From: Lingula anatina
Lineage: Eukaryota > Animalia > Brachiopoda
Assembly (NCBI GenBank): GCA_051362555.1
Contig: CM120649.1
Location: 14,260,001-14,324,000 of the forward strand
DNA: 64,000 nucleotides
Direction: 5' to 3'
Under the pieces are notes generated by a model. That model saw nothing but the letters and a program-made list of their open reading frames with translations. It searched no databases and had not been told where the DNA came from. Position numbers and translations under genes: made by a program. Below are positions 11,577 to 23,983 of this stretch, piece after piece. Numbering within the stretch: the first letter of the stretch is position 1; each line of letters starts with the position of its first letter.

Positions 11577-14500
11577 ATGGGCTCCGTAATGAAGTATATC
11601 CTCCTTGTTGTCGCATTAGGAGGATTCGTTAAAGGTAAGAAAATAGTGGGCCTGGTTGCACCAACGGGCCCTAACTCAGGCGAAGCAGCTACATGTACGC
11701 CCGAGTTACTCCTTTGCAATACATTCGCAACAGAAAAGCCACTTACGCCAGAGTGGGATAGTATTTACGCCACGTAGGCAGTCTATGTCAATTCCAAGAT
11801 ATTCTCATCCCGCCGTCTTTCCATTTCTGTACCATCAATTTCAGAGAGGGAAAAGGGGGGGAGGTACTTGTTAAGAAAAAAGTGAACCTTTTTACCGTTT
11901 GACCCTTGTTTTTATTTTCTTAAATGCCATTTAAATCCTAGTTTCATTTTTATTGGGAGCAGCTAGATCTTGCACCAGCCAAATTGGCGGGTATATTGAA
12001 CCCTCTAACATCCCCAAGTACTTATTAACAGTGACCGTTTGTAATTTTAGTACAATGAGTCATATCATATAGAGATATGGGTTTGGGCTTGATTATTTTT
12101 CATCCGAAAAATGTTGCTCTCGTCATGAAGTGCGTCACTTTTATTTTTGTACTGTTCCTATATTTCTGTTCTAGGACTTTGTGTGTCGGGTCAGTGGACG
12201 ATGCTATATGAACACCAAGCTACAGGAGCGGTGATAGGCGGCAGCCTCGCGGCTCTGAAAACTGCAGTCCAAAATGGCGCCCGTATCCGTATAGTGATGC
12301 CTTCAGGATACGCGGCAGAGGCGGACTATATTTTCGTCAAAGATGGCGGTAGCGTTTGTGGACAATTCCTTTGGCACGTCAGCAAAGCTAGTAAGTTATC
12401 AAAATTATTCCGTATAAACTTAATGCATCATTGCCGTGCGGTTGAAATTTTCTAGAAAATTTTCTTATTTATCCTCCCCCCAGGAAGCATTCGTCATACC
12501 ACCCTAGTTACAGCCTTAGAATACCTTAACTTTTATATGTTACATTGTACTCAACAGAAACACAATATGTAGAGAATACATATTTTCGGTATATTCCAGT
12601 AAGCACTGAATCAAAACAGTGTCAGGATTGCTTCTGGTTCGTTTCAGGTTGGAACTCCTTTCAAGGCAACGTCTACTGGTGGTGGAACATCTTCTGTACA
12701 TCTGGAAAATATTACACCACACGCTACAACATCGGTTCTCACGTCCATCGGGGCGACTCGACGACCGCCACGAGACTGAAATGGTTTGCCAGGAAGGACT
12801 GGGCCACGGTGAAATATTCCCATGATAGCAGTGGAGGCGGGGATCAAACTGGGCATGAAGCCTTGGCGCAGCACATTAGAGACGGTGCCGAGGTGAGAGT
12901 CGTGTCCACGAGTTCTTCGGGCGATTTCGGATATGCTCCGTTGCAGAACATGCTTGTCAAGCCGCGAGGGGAGAGCGGCGGTGGATCACAGACGTGCAGT
13001 AAGGTCATGGGACAGTGCCTTACCCACGTCAGTCAAATGATTACCGGAAACGACGTCAAATTCCAGAGTAACGCTTATTGGTGGTTCACTCTTCTGTCTA
13101 CTTCCGGATCACGTGACATGTCGCGTTGGAACGTCGGAGAACACGTCGATAGGGGGCACAGTAGTGACAACATACCCATGGACTGGATGGTTGACCCATC
13201 GTGGAGGAAAGCCTACACTAACGGACCAAAGGGTGAAGCAATATTTGGAAAGAAATCAGATTTGATATCGGCTGTCCAAGGTGGACATCGAGTCCGAATG
13301 GTTATATTATATCCGGATGCCACGTGGTACGCAACCAACGTAAACAACGTTCACGTCAGAAATGACCATGTTACGGCTCAGTCCATACAACACGTCAGCA
13401 TGGATGCAAATGCCGAGCGTTACCAAGACAACGCGTACTGGGTATTCATGATGGCGTCTACCACCGGGACTGTTACACGTGCCAGGTAGGCTACCTGTAA
13501 GATCCAAAATGATATTGTGAACTCTACATGTATTTAAACCTGATGCAAATGAAATCTTTTCAGTACTTTGCAATCTGCGAAAACTGTGCAAGGTTCTTTC
13601 AGTGAAGTATCCGTCGCTTCAAATTAAACACCCTTAAGTTCACAGTTTTTTTACTTTTTATTTATTTATTGGTATGGGCATTTTATTTCCTTTATTTACT
13701 GTCATTGTAGATATAACGTGGGAGATACCACAGCGAGAGGAAGCGACGTACAGCACTGGACAATCCACTGGTTTGTGGACACTCAGAACTGGAGAAAAGT
13801 TCTCTCTCATGGCACAGATGGAACCGTAATAGCAGGTAAACTTTGACCCATGACCGAGCAATGTTTTTTCCCATTATCTGTAAATTATTGTTTTATATAC
13901 TGTAGGTCTGTGAATTAATCCAATGCCGTGACCCGGAAAAGTTGTATTCATTTGCTATTAATATTTTCTTGTAAATACGTTTTTCTTTCTTGTTTTATTA
14001 TTATTATTCTTTTCTATTTTCGTGATCCATTTATTTGTATGGATACGCAACAGAGTAACATACCATTAATGACATGCAAATAAAGAAACGTTGAAAGATA
14101 GTTATAAATAGCAAAATAATAATAATTATAATTATATTACGCAAATGTAAATGATCATGAACAGTGGCTCGCGTATATGCTTAACGCGCCAATCACTTAA
14201 TCAATTACCGGTTTTGTAACTGGATTTCATTGTCAAATCTGGTTACGAAGACGTAACTCCAGTATAATTTTAAAAAAATACTTATTCAAGGAATTATTCA
14301 TTATTTTCAGGTTCAAGAACTGCACTGACATCAGCTATTAAAGAGGGCGCCTCTGTCCGATGCGTAATGGCCGATGGCCATTATGCTTTTCCCGCTGAAA
14401 ACGTTGCGATAAACGGGGATCACGTCGCAGCCCAGACTATCCACAGCATAAGTGTTGCAGTCAGCGGAAGTTCGGAGTACGTCTTGCAGAGCAACCCCTA

Positions 14501-14624
14501 TTGGTGGTTTACCATAGTAACTACGCAGGGCGACCGAAAGATGTCGCGCTGGACGGTCGGGAGTCATCAGTCACGTGGTGACAGTGCTGATAAGGTGGCG
14601 ATGAATTGGTTTGTTGATGAGTGA
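11577..14624 (+). CDS. Secreted 516-aa four-repeat Trp-rich protein, copy B (tandem paralog)
   Basis: Exons 11577-11634, 12175-12390, 12648-13485, 13711-13835, 14311-14624. Exon lengths are identical to copy A and the ORF is intact. Confidence 0.9.
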
Positions 14625-16160
14625 ATGAACTTCAAGTTACACGTTGTAAGCAACCAGATTCTAACGTGACCATTTTTTCAAAATTATTTTTTTAATTATA
14701 GAAAAATTTCCGTTTTATTTGGTTAAAATAGATTTGCATATTTGAGTTTGTATGGCTCACCTGCTCCGTACATCTTATACATTTACATATACATGTACTG
14801 TATATGCCTATTTCAGATAAATGTAGCTTTTTTCATTATTTAAATTGATTTTTATCGAATGTCATACCAAAATGAATAATTAAGTTTAATTTAAAAACTT
14901 ACGTCCGAGAAGAAATGTTCTTATGTGTTTTTTTTTATATAATATTCAATTTTCGTGTGAACATAATTTTTACACAAAAGTATGTATAAAACTAAAAGAA
15001 TTGGAAGCATATTTGGCCCCTCAATATTATTTGTCAGTATAGCTCTAGAAAAAATAATAAACTGATATTTTCCAGCCAACACTTCGTCTGCTTACTGGTT
15101 TGTTTACGGTGCTACAACCTATTATCATCAGGTACTCAAATAAAGTCTGTCAGCAGTCGAAATACTGGCAAAAAAATTGAGTTTATCAACACAGTCAGTT
15201 TATCTAAAAGTTAGCTAGCCTTGTTTTATTTATTTCGGCATCGATGCTATTAAAATTCCAAATCTTCACCTAAATCATTTCTTCGAACACAATCCCCAAG
15301 TATTCTTTTACAATTGTTATAATCATCATTAACCATTGATGGTACTCTATGGCAGTGTGGTCGAACTCAACGCCATCTAGCGGTCTATAATAAATGCATC
15401 TTTGTGTGATCTTGAAGTTCGATATTATTTAACAAAACTGCAGGTATAAAAAATAGGTTACAAATTTTATCAAGTAATGGCTTTCAAATGCAAACACAAT
15501 TTAGTGTCGTTATGAAGAGGAATAAACTAAACATACCAACATTTGTGTGCATTTATTTTATTTATTAGCAGTTGAAATACAAGACAGAAATAAGACGCCA
15601 CCTAGCGTGCTTTATAAATCTGGCATTTAATTTTACAAGTGGAATATCGCTATTGAGAATTAGAAGTGACCCTAGTTATCCCGATGAAGCTAGATTTATG
15701 CGCACCAGCTGCTGCGCTAAAAGGTCAGGATCATCGTGCACCCTATAAATACTTGACATCAAAAGCAATGATTTCAAAACATTGTAGACCGTCACATATA
15801 TTCTTTATTTTTATGCTGCAGAAGAATATCTTGTCAAAACGATAGTCCACTAAAATAAACCTAAAGGTCCAAACATATATGTGTATTCTGGTTCTGGTTT
15901 GTTCTGGTTGTGAATAAACACTACGAAAGTAATTGTTTATACCTAGAATTCGGTTAAGAAATTCCTACTATAGCTATTGTATAATTTCTAACCTCACTAC
16001 TTCCTAAAAGATATTACCAAGAAAAACTTTGACAATTAACTATTAGAAAGATTGAAAGCAAGCCATATTTCCTGGAAGATATTTAAAGAAAAGTTTTAAG
16101 AAGCTACTGCAGTCTACTAGTATGTTTATCGTTCATTCGCAGGACGTTTGGGGTTCAGGT

Positions 16161-17921
16161 TCAGGTAGTAAGGCACATGGTCTGAAGCATAACATAGTCA
16201 TTGTTGTTGTTTGTTGACGAGAGTCCCCTCACTGTACCTTTCTCTGCAAACTCAACGATGTTATACACACACTGGACAAAAGAAGTGTCACCCCCTAACT
16301 CAGAGTAATAAAAGTAGGCAGATCTTGGGTACTTATAATGCCTGGTCTACTTATAATGTGACTAATTAGTATAAAACCGCTATACCATTGAATTGTATTG
16401 TTGGTCTTGTACATGTACAGCAAATGTTATTCCTGTCTTCCTCCAATATGGCAAGATACAGGCAATTATCTAACGGTTATAGGTGCAAGTTATTAACCTG
16501 AAGAGGCGCAATATAAGCAATGTCAGAATATCGATACAATTGAATTGTTCAGTCAGAACCATGCAGAGGGTCTGGTCTCGGTATAGAAACACTGGATCAA
16601 GAGACAAATTGCCTCTGATTGGTCGTCCAAGAAAAAATACTGGCCGTGAAGACCGACGACTGATTTTGATGTCCAGGTTGTCTAAGTTCGACACTGCTTG
16701 TCAGTTGACAACACAGTGGAACAATTTCACACATAAGAATGTGTCTGTGAAAATTGCAAGGCGTCGGTTACGCGCTCAGAGAGTGTACAGCAGGGTAGCA
16801 AGACTGAAACCTCTTATATCGTTACAAAACAGGCAACGTAGAGTAAACTAGGGTCAACAGGATCTGGAACTGGACAGTTCATTACAATTGGTCCTATATA
16901 TTTTTCTGATGAGTGTCGCTTTGGTCTGACCTCTGATGACAGACGGGTACTATGCTGGCAAACTGCTGGTAAAGCATTTGAACCACATGCACTGAATTTT
17001 AGAACCCGGAGCAGCATATTCATCATGGTGTGGGGCTGCATCAGCACCATGGCTTGGGCGAATTGATAGTGGTTAATGGAAATATGAATCACTAGAAATA
17101 TATCGATGTTTTGGAGTCAGGCTTGCTACCATCTATTACTAACATGTCTGGTGACAGGAATTATCCATTTGTTCACCAGGATGACAATGCTCCTTGTCAC
17201 AGGCCCAGAGCAGTTGATGATTGGTTTGACCAACAGGGCATTCGCAGGCTGATGTGGCCTGCCCAGAGTCCGGATGCAAACATAATAGAAAATGTGTGGA
17301 ATGATATGTCAAAACTTTTTACAAATGCCCGTCTAACCAGCAGAGAAACTCTGTTATATTCAGTTTTTCATGCTTGGGCCAGCATAAGCCCTGAACGCAT
17401 CAGACAATTATATGAAACCTTGCTTCGGAGACTGGCACCTATTATTAGGTCACGTGGCTATGCCACTAAGTACTAATTTTGGACTTGAAACTGCATATTT
17501 TGGTAGAATGTATATTTTGTTCTCATTTTGTGATTTTTTGTGAAATTTGATGTTAATAAAATGATACCAGGAGCATATCATTCCACAGTCATTTATCTCC
17601 CCCATAGTATTGGCTCAGTAGGGGTGACACCTCTTTTGTCCAGTGTGTGTAGTTGATGTCATCATCAAGGCTTGTCGACAGAACGCTATAATACCCAGCG
17701 TCGCGGAAAACCTGCAACAAGCCCGCGACTGCACCGGCGACGAGAGGGGACGCCATTGACGTCCCATCAGACTCAATCCCACCGTAGTTGTTCGCGTAAT
17801 CGGCGGCCGTTATTTTCGTCCCTGGAGCTTACATATCGACGCACGGTCCAATGTTACTAAATGAAGCCACGTAATCATTAATCTGGGTGGCACCAACTGT
17901 GAGGGCTCCTTGCACGCTTGC
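16161..17921 (-). pseudogene. Proteinase K/aqualysin-type S8A subtilase C-terminal fragment, interrupted by Tc1 and a nonsense codon
   Basis: 17921->17652 reads ASVQGALTVGATQINDYVASFSNIGPCVDM*APGTKITAADYANNYGGIESDGTSMASPLVAGAVAGLLQ, with catalytic Ser motif GTSMASP and TAA at 17829-17831. Removing Tc1 and one TA continues the frame as YNIVEFAEKGTVRGLSSTNNNNDYVMLQTMCLTT* to 16161. Confidence 0.85.
16266..17649 (+). mobile_element. Tc1-family DNA transposon (DD34E), defective copy 1
   Basis: ~31-bp TIRs cacacactggacaaaagaagtgtcacccc and TA TSD. Transposase fragments include GRPRK, FSDE, VWGC and QDDNAPCH...WPAQSPDANIIE (34 residues between D and E), ending RGYATKY. Frameshifts and stops present. 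Confidence 0.97.
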
Positions 17922-18538
17922 TGTACACATACAGTGAGGTAAGGTTTTAGACGCCGATGTAGTCTACATCATTTGGTATGCATCCTTAGTTTGAGGTAAA
18001 CTTCCAGACTATACTTACTTCAATCATTAGTTCGTAACGAACCAGCTTGTCTACCACCTGTTATGTGCTGCCAGATCTACTTACGACATACAGGGTATGC
18101 TTCCATTCAATATGGATGCTGAGCTGCACCATTTTACAAAAAAAAAACTGATTTTCTGAGCCACCCCAGCTATGCTCAAATTGTCTGCTTTGGTCAATTA
18201 TCCAAGTATCGGATCAATAAATCTCCGAGACGACTTCACCCAAAGTCAATATTCGTATAATACAATTTTTAAACTACTGGTCACCGGATAATTATTGTGT
18301 TCTGTGATCAAGTTAAGATGGGCCATCGCCAAATTGTAACAAAAAAGTAAGACCGTAACGCAAATGGCACCATTCCTGTCGATGTATTTAATATAATTCA
18401 GCAGCTAGCTTTCTCTGAAGAACACCAAACTAGATCAAGCTTAAGCTTCACAAGGAATGGCAGCCCAAAGGTGGGCCGCCCTGTGCAACAGTGCCCGACT
18501 CACAGTCTTCAGCTATTCTCTTCTGAACTTGACATAAC

Positions 18539-18570
18539 CAAGGAGTTATAACATCTGTTATAACTCCTTG
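18539..18570. mobile_element. 32-bp TIR-only hairpin with 7-bp TSD (P-element-like remnant)
   Basis: acataac|caaggagttataaca-tc-tgttataactccttg|acataac. Confidence 0.75.
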
Positions 18571-19094
18571 ACATAACTTAGCATGGAGTCTGCTCACAGC
18601 ACCACGAAGAAGAAATTCAGAAAACCAGACATGCCTCCAATGACGCTTTTCATGACAGTGAAATCGCTGGATCAATTCCTAGCGGCGGTTGTACCTCTGT
18701 TCCTATGGGTAGGCCTATATCTTGGCCCAGGCCAAGAACCAGGACTCCGCTTTTGATTGGTCTTCCTTTGCCACTGCTTTTAAAAGGTCTGATAGCGCTC
18801 CTACCGGAGATCCTATCTACAGTGTAGCTGTCTTTTTTGTCTTTTTTATAAGCCACCTTTCTTGCGCCCTTTAATCTACTCTACATAACTCGTATACCAA
18901 ATATCTCACATTAAGACCACGTTCATCTAAATGTATAAACAGTTTATACAAATGACAAGTAAGGTAAAGCCTTTTCATCTTCCATTTTGGTCAAGCAGTA
19001 TTTTGTTGTGCAAAAACCTTTTATTTTAGCAACTTATAGACCCTATGCATGTTTACATGTATGTGTCCAATGCATGAGCAAATAGAAGAGGGGC

Positions 19095-19096
<2 letters not shown>

Positions 19097-19128
<32 letters not shown>
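19097..19128. repeat. (GA)n microsatellite
   Basis: Directly visible. Confidence 0.95.
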
Positions 19129-19130
<2 letters not shown>

Positions 19131-19610
19131 TGGACGTGTGTGCAGGCGACAAATTAAAGGACTGAAAGAGTGAGAATGAGAAAGAGAGGGGGAAAGGGGA
19201 TGCTGGCATATTGCAGTAACGGCCTCGGTGAACTTGACACAAACATGTAGGCCTATTTTTAAGGACCCTCTCTCTCCAGTCTTTAACCACTGCAGTAACA
19301 AAGAACCACGACAGTTCCTCACGTGAATGTTTATACCTAGTTTAGACTGCAATTGTTATTCTTCCTCTTATCTTTCTCCCCACACTCATTTTCCACACTT
19401 ATCATATTAGCAAAGGGCAGAAACGAATCACAACTTCATTTCACAGGCTTAATTTTTCTCCTATTTCTTTTAACTGACGTACGGGCATTGAATATTACTT
19501 CAGTAGGGCACGTTTTGGATCATGACTTTGTCTTTAAAAATACTGATATATGTACACGTAGTTGTCTGTATATCCTTGGACCAAGGACGTCTTCAACTTC
19601 CTTGCTTATA

Positions 19611-19820
19611 CCCCCTTTACACTGGACGGCGTCCTTTCTGCGACCATGAAATTTGGCATCGCTGTGGTCTTAATAAGGAGGCACGAGCATTGATTTTGTA
19701 TCAGAATGAATGCTCAATGATCGGCCGGTTGTCGGCACGTAAAGTATTATAATTTTTTAACTCTCAAATGGGGCCGTACTGCTGGACGCAGAAAGGACGC
19801 CGTCCAGTGTAAAGGGGCCC
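19611..19820. mobile_element. ~210-bp MITE, possibly Harbinger-like
   Basis: TIRs cccctttacactggacggcgtcctttctgcg / cgcagaaaggacgccgtccagtgtaaagggg, perfect over 31 bp. Confidence 0.85.
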
Positions 19821-20619
19821 TTAGACATAATAACGAATATGCCCAAGGTTTATCTAATCCAACTATTGACAACACTTAACTTATATCTCATATAATAATC
19901 ACATTACCTGATCTCAAATGATTGATTTATTGGTTCTCTACATCGTCATGTATAATGCCTGTGGGATTTCGAAATAAAACGATTACTTATAAAATTACTA
20001 CCGGTAGTATACTGTCTGTACCGGTACATAGAATCTTAAGTCATAATAAGATAAGAGCGGCAGCGAGGAAATAAATAGAAAACGTCAAGTTTCTTTTGCT
20101 GATAAACATTTTGCATGGGACGAGTTTCTTCCTTCAGCGGTGTAAGTTATACACTCGTCATCAAATTAGATGGCAGTAATTGTTAGAAGTATTTCCAGGT
20201 ACGCTCTATTCTTGGAAGAACTTTACAGCAGTTATAAGAAAAATTATTTAAGTACTAGTTACATTGTTGCGACATACAAGAGCGTAGCCTAATGAGGCGC
20301 AGCCGAGATAAGATATAATTTGCTCTTGTATGTCGCTTATGTACAGTGGACGACGAGAAATAGCAAAAGAAATATGATGTTTTCTATAACTGTAAATGAC
20401 TCATACCACGACTAGCACTTCGAACAATAGGATGAATGCACCGAAGAGTATTGAAAATAAAGGCAAGCCTGTATGCGAAATACAAGCCCATTGTCCTATT
20501 GTTCGAATCGCCAGTCGCGGTATTATCATTCTTCCAAGAAAGCCAAACAAACGCACCTTGAGATAAAAAGATTACTGAAAACTGAATCACATGAATTGTA
20601 AGGTTTAGTTTACTTTTAT

Positions 20620-20658
20620 CAAGGAGTTATAACAGAAGCCTTCTGTTATAACTCCTTG
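20620..20658. mobile_element. 39-bp TIR-only hairpin with 7-bp TSD, same family as 18539-18570
   Basis: cttttat|caaggagttataacagaag-c-cttctgttataactccttg|cttttat. Confidence 0.75.
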
Positions 20659-21892
20659 CTTTTATTGAGGTTGAGGAGCCGGGTGAATTTATTGGCTCAT
20701 CTAATGCAATGGACATTCATTTGCATAAATGACAACTTTTCATTCAGGGTGGTGCACCATGAGTTTGCACTTTATTTCATTCAGCACAGTGTCTCCGTAG
20801 AAGGGAAACTTAGTATATTCTTTCTTTTTGATCAGTTATTTACACTTCTGCTACTTGAAATTTATAGTTAAAGGAATGGCAGAAATGGTGAGTTTTTTAA
20901 ATACGCACTGTTTATTGATAATTATTGATCATTGAAAATTATCAGTTTTTGTGTAAGTAAATTTAAGCACATAAATAACGGGTAGTGAGAGTATTATTGT
21001 AATTTTCTTTTTTTTCCCCTCTTTTTAGTTTTTACGTGTCTTGAGAATTTCTACGTGAAATAAAACCAAGGTCTAGTTAACAACTTATGCTTTTCCTTAA
21101 CTTATCTATATAGCCCTTGTGTGCTATATGAATAATCATTATGACTGTCCCTCCATCCCCCCCCCCCCCAGTATATATGCACCACAGTTTGTTTTGTAAC
21201 GTTTGCTGTATGAGGTGCTGATGAAAATGCACATGCAGTTATATACAAAGTGAAAAAATGAACAAAGAGCATACAAATATACACCTTCTCAATGATAAAT
21301 TAAAATCTGTGAAAACACACGAGATAATAGAAAGAAGTTTACAGTTTTTTCTAATACTTTCTTATATTCCGGGTTATCACTAACCAAACTAATCATTACA
21401 CATTAATGTAATAACCATCGTGTAATGACCATTAATTCACGTTTGCCGATGTGATTAAATCACGTGCAAATATGTAATTCGTTTTAAAAAGGTAAGAAAA
21501 AGACAGGACCTTTTATTCTTCCTTCACCCGAATGCATCGTCTCTGATAAAATATGATTTTGATGAAGATCGCACTGGTTGTGATTGTTCTTTTATTTTTT
21601 ATCATGTATTAAGTCGTTATTTATTTGGTTGGCATTTGATTTCGGTTTGTTTTGATCAATCTGATTGGCGTGACTCGCAACAGCAGCATCACAGCGTTCA
21701 TCGTGTAACATAGAATTGAACAGACTTGAATCATTTTATGTCATTTCTTTTCACCTTGCGTTAATTTTAGTGCTTCGTGAGCAATTTGGCATTACCATGC
21801 ACGATTGTCCTGCTGCATGTAGGTCTGTGAATTATGCGGAACTAGAATCGTAATTCCATTACCCCAGTTCATATGGTACATGTACATGTACT

Positions 21893-23983
21893 CTACAGCT
21901 CTGTTTTTTGCATCTTCAATTCCTTTCTCTTTTCTTCGACAAGTTTGGGAATGGTCCGAGTCCAAAACTCCATGTACTCTGACAACAGATTTGATTTCAT
22001 GGTCAGGATGTCGTCATAATTCAAGTATGCTTTACTTTCGGACGTGTACTCTTCCCATTTCACACCATCTTGAAGACTGCGGCCTTGGTTTGGATTTCTG
22101 GAATTGAAATAATCCCATGAATATTGTGTAAAAGTAGTAAATCTTTATTTTATATTGTGAACAGAATAATTAAAAGTTGCGAAACGTGCATGCTGAAGGG
22201 AAGAGTCATGATGATTATTTATGTGGATCAGGTTTCAATAATCTTTTTATTTTAGGGTGCGGTTGTTTGGCTAACTTGGAAGAATGATTAAATAATTTTC
22301 CTTAAAACTTTAAATTAATTTGCAATAGCCCCCATGTCAGAGCCATACAGATGGTTCAATCTGCTGGTTTTACCCGGTTTTAGCAAAGTTCGTCCAGTGG
22401 GTCATCATGGTATTCGTTATCTTCTGATCCTCCTCGTTCCACGCAATCTCACCAGCAAGTTTTCCCATTACTCCCGGACCCCCAGAGACATAAAATGCGT
22501 CATCCCCGTGCGACGCGCCCTCTAACGCCCATTCCGGCAGCGGAATGCCCACCAGCGCGCCCAGAAAAGTTTGGCCTGGGAATTTTCTTGTCAGATGATA
22601 AACGTAAGTTCCAGCAGAATTTTGTCCAGCGTTTGCTTTTGCCTTAATATGTGCCAAGGCAGTCTCAGGTACTTGTTGATTGAAAGTTATGTGGCTGTAC
22701 AAGTCTCGGAGGGCGCGAGAGTTTGCGATAATGTCGTCGGAATCCAAATTGTACTTCTCGCGGATGAGACTCTCGAGATCTCTCGCGAACTCCGGCAGCT
22801 GGTACTGTCGTGACAACCCGACAGCTATCGGTTTGAGAAGGGTATCCATTACATGTTTTGGGATACCGAGAGCCATGTCAAATCCTAGTACCTGTTGGGT
22901 AAAAAGAGGCAAATACAAGAAAACGTTGCCCTCGTCGGATGTCGATCCTACAATCAAATCAATTGTGCCAAGTGTGTTATCAGCTGCACTGAGCGGTTTT
23001 TCTATAAAGGACGAAAAATGCTCCTTTATTCCGTGCGGCACAATCATTCCGTCTTCGACCGGGCCAATCCTTTCGACCCCACCTTCTCTGGTCGACATTT
23101 CTGTCGCTGTGTTGGATGCATTCAACAGGTCCTCAGCCGCGACTCCCCGCAAACATTCCACCAATTTCCCATTGTCAGTTAAATCCGTGTTGTCCCGCGT
23201 GTTGCATCCTAGCAGACGACCGACATCGCGGACAGTTTTCAGGGGATCAAGAGCCAGGTCGTAGCCGTTGCTGAAAGTCACGGAGCTCTGAATGATAGCC
23301 CTTTTGAACAGTCCCTTACTGTGACGCGTGACAGCGTGGTGAGCAACGCTACTTCCACCAGCAGATATGCCAAACACGGTTATGGCGTTGGGATCTCCAC
23401 CGAAGGCATCGATGTTGTCTTTCACCCATTTCAACGCTGCATGCTGATCCCATAGCCCACAGTTACCAGAGGCGTGGTTGTCGAGGGTGCTTATAAACCC
23501 AAATATATCCAACCTGTAGTTGATGGTAACGCATATCACATCACCGTGAATAGACAGTCGTTCACATGGTGAAAACATTCCCTGACCGTTGCGATATCCA
23601 CCACCGTGTATAAACACCATGACCGCTTTTGGACCCCTGTCATCCGTAACCGGAACGTAAACGTGTAGATGCAGACAGTCCTCGGAGAAGTCGATATTCG
23701 GAAGGAACTCCGCTGCCCGGGGCACGGGGACTTGATGGCACGAAGGGCCGTATTTGGTCGCGTCCATTACCCCGTCCCAGGCCGCTTTAGGAACGGGTCG
23801 CTTGAAGCGAAGGTCTCCGACGGGGGGCTCGGCGTAAGGGATTGTAAGGAATGTCTTGAGAGGTTTACCGTCCACGGTCTCCGTTTTACCTCGTATATCT
23901 CCCAGTCGTGTCTGCACGGTTATTTCTTCCGCTGTTATTAGAAGACTTGAGAATGCTGCATGTATTAAAAACAGCCGTGCCAT
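21893..23983 (-). CDS. Type-B carboxylesterase/cholinesterase-family enzyme, 604 aa, with signal peptide and C-terminal KTEL
   Basis: Exons 23983-22374 and 22097-21893 total 1815 nt. Motifs: IPYAEPPVGDLRF, SEDCL, HGGG oxyanion loop, NYRL, GISAG nucleophile, DEG acid, SHGDD His, WTNFAKTG|NPN. Ends ...MQKTEL*. Confidence 0.95.

Noticed and set aside
18448-18856. ORFs as the missing N-terminal part of the subtilase
   Set aside because: No DTG, HGTH or AAGN motifs were recognised; left unassigned.
22571-23941. Plus-strand ORFs up to 194 aa overlapping the esterase
   Set aside because: Antisense shadows of a GC-richer coding exon.
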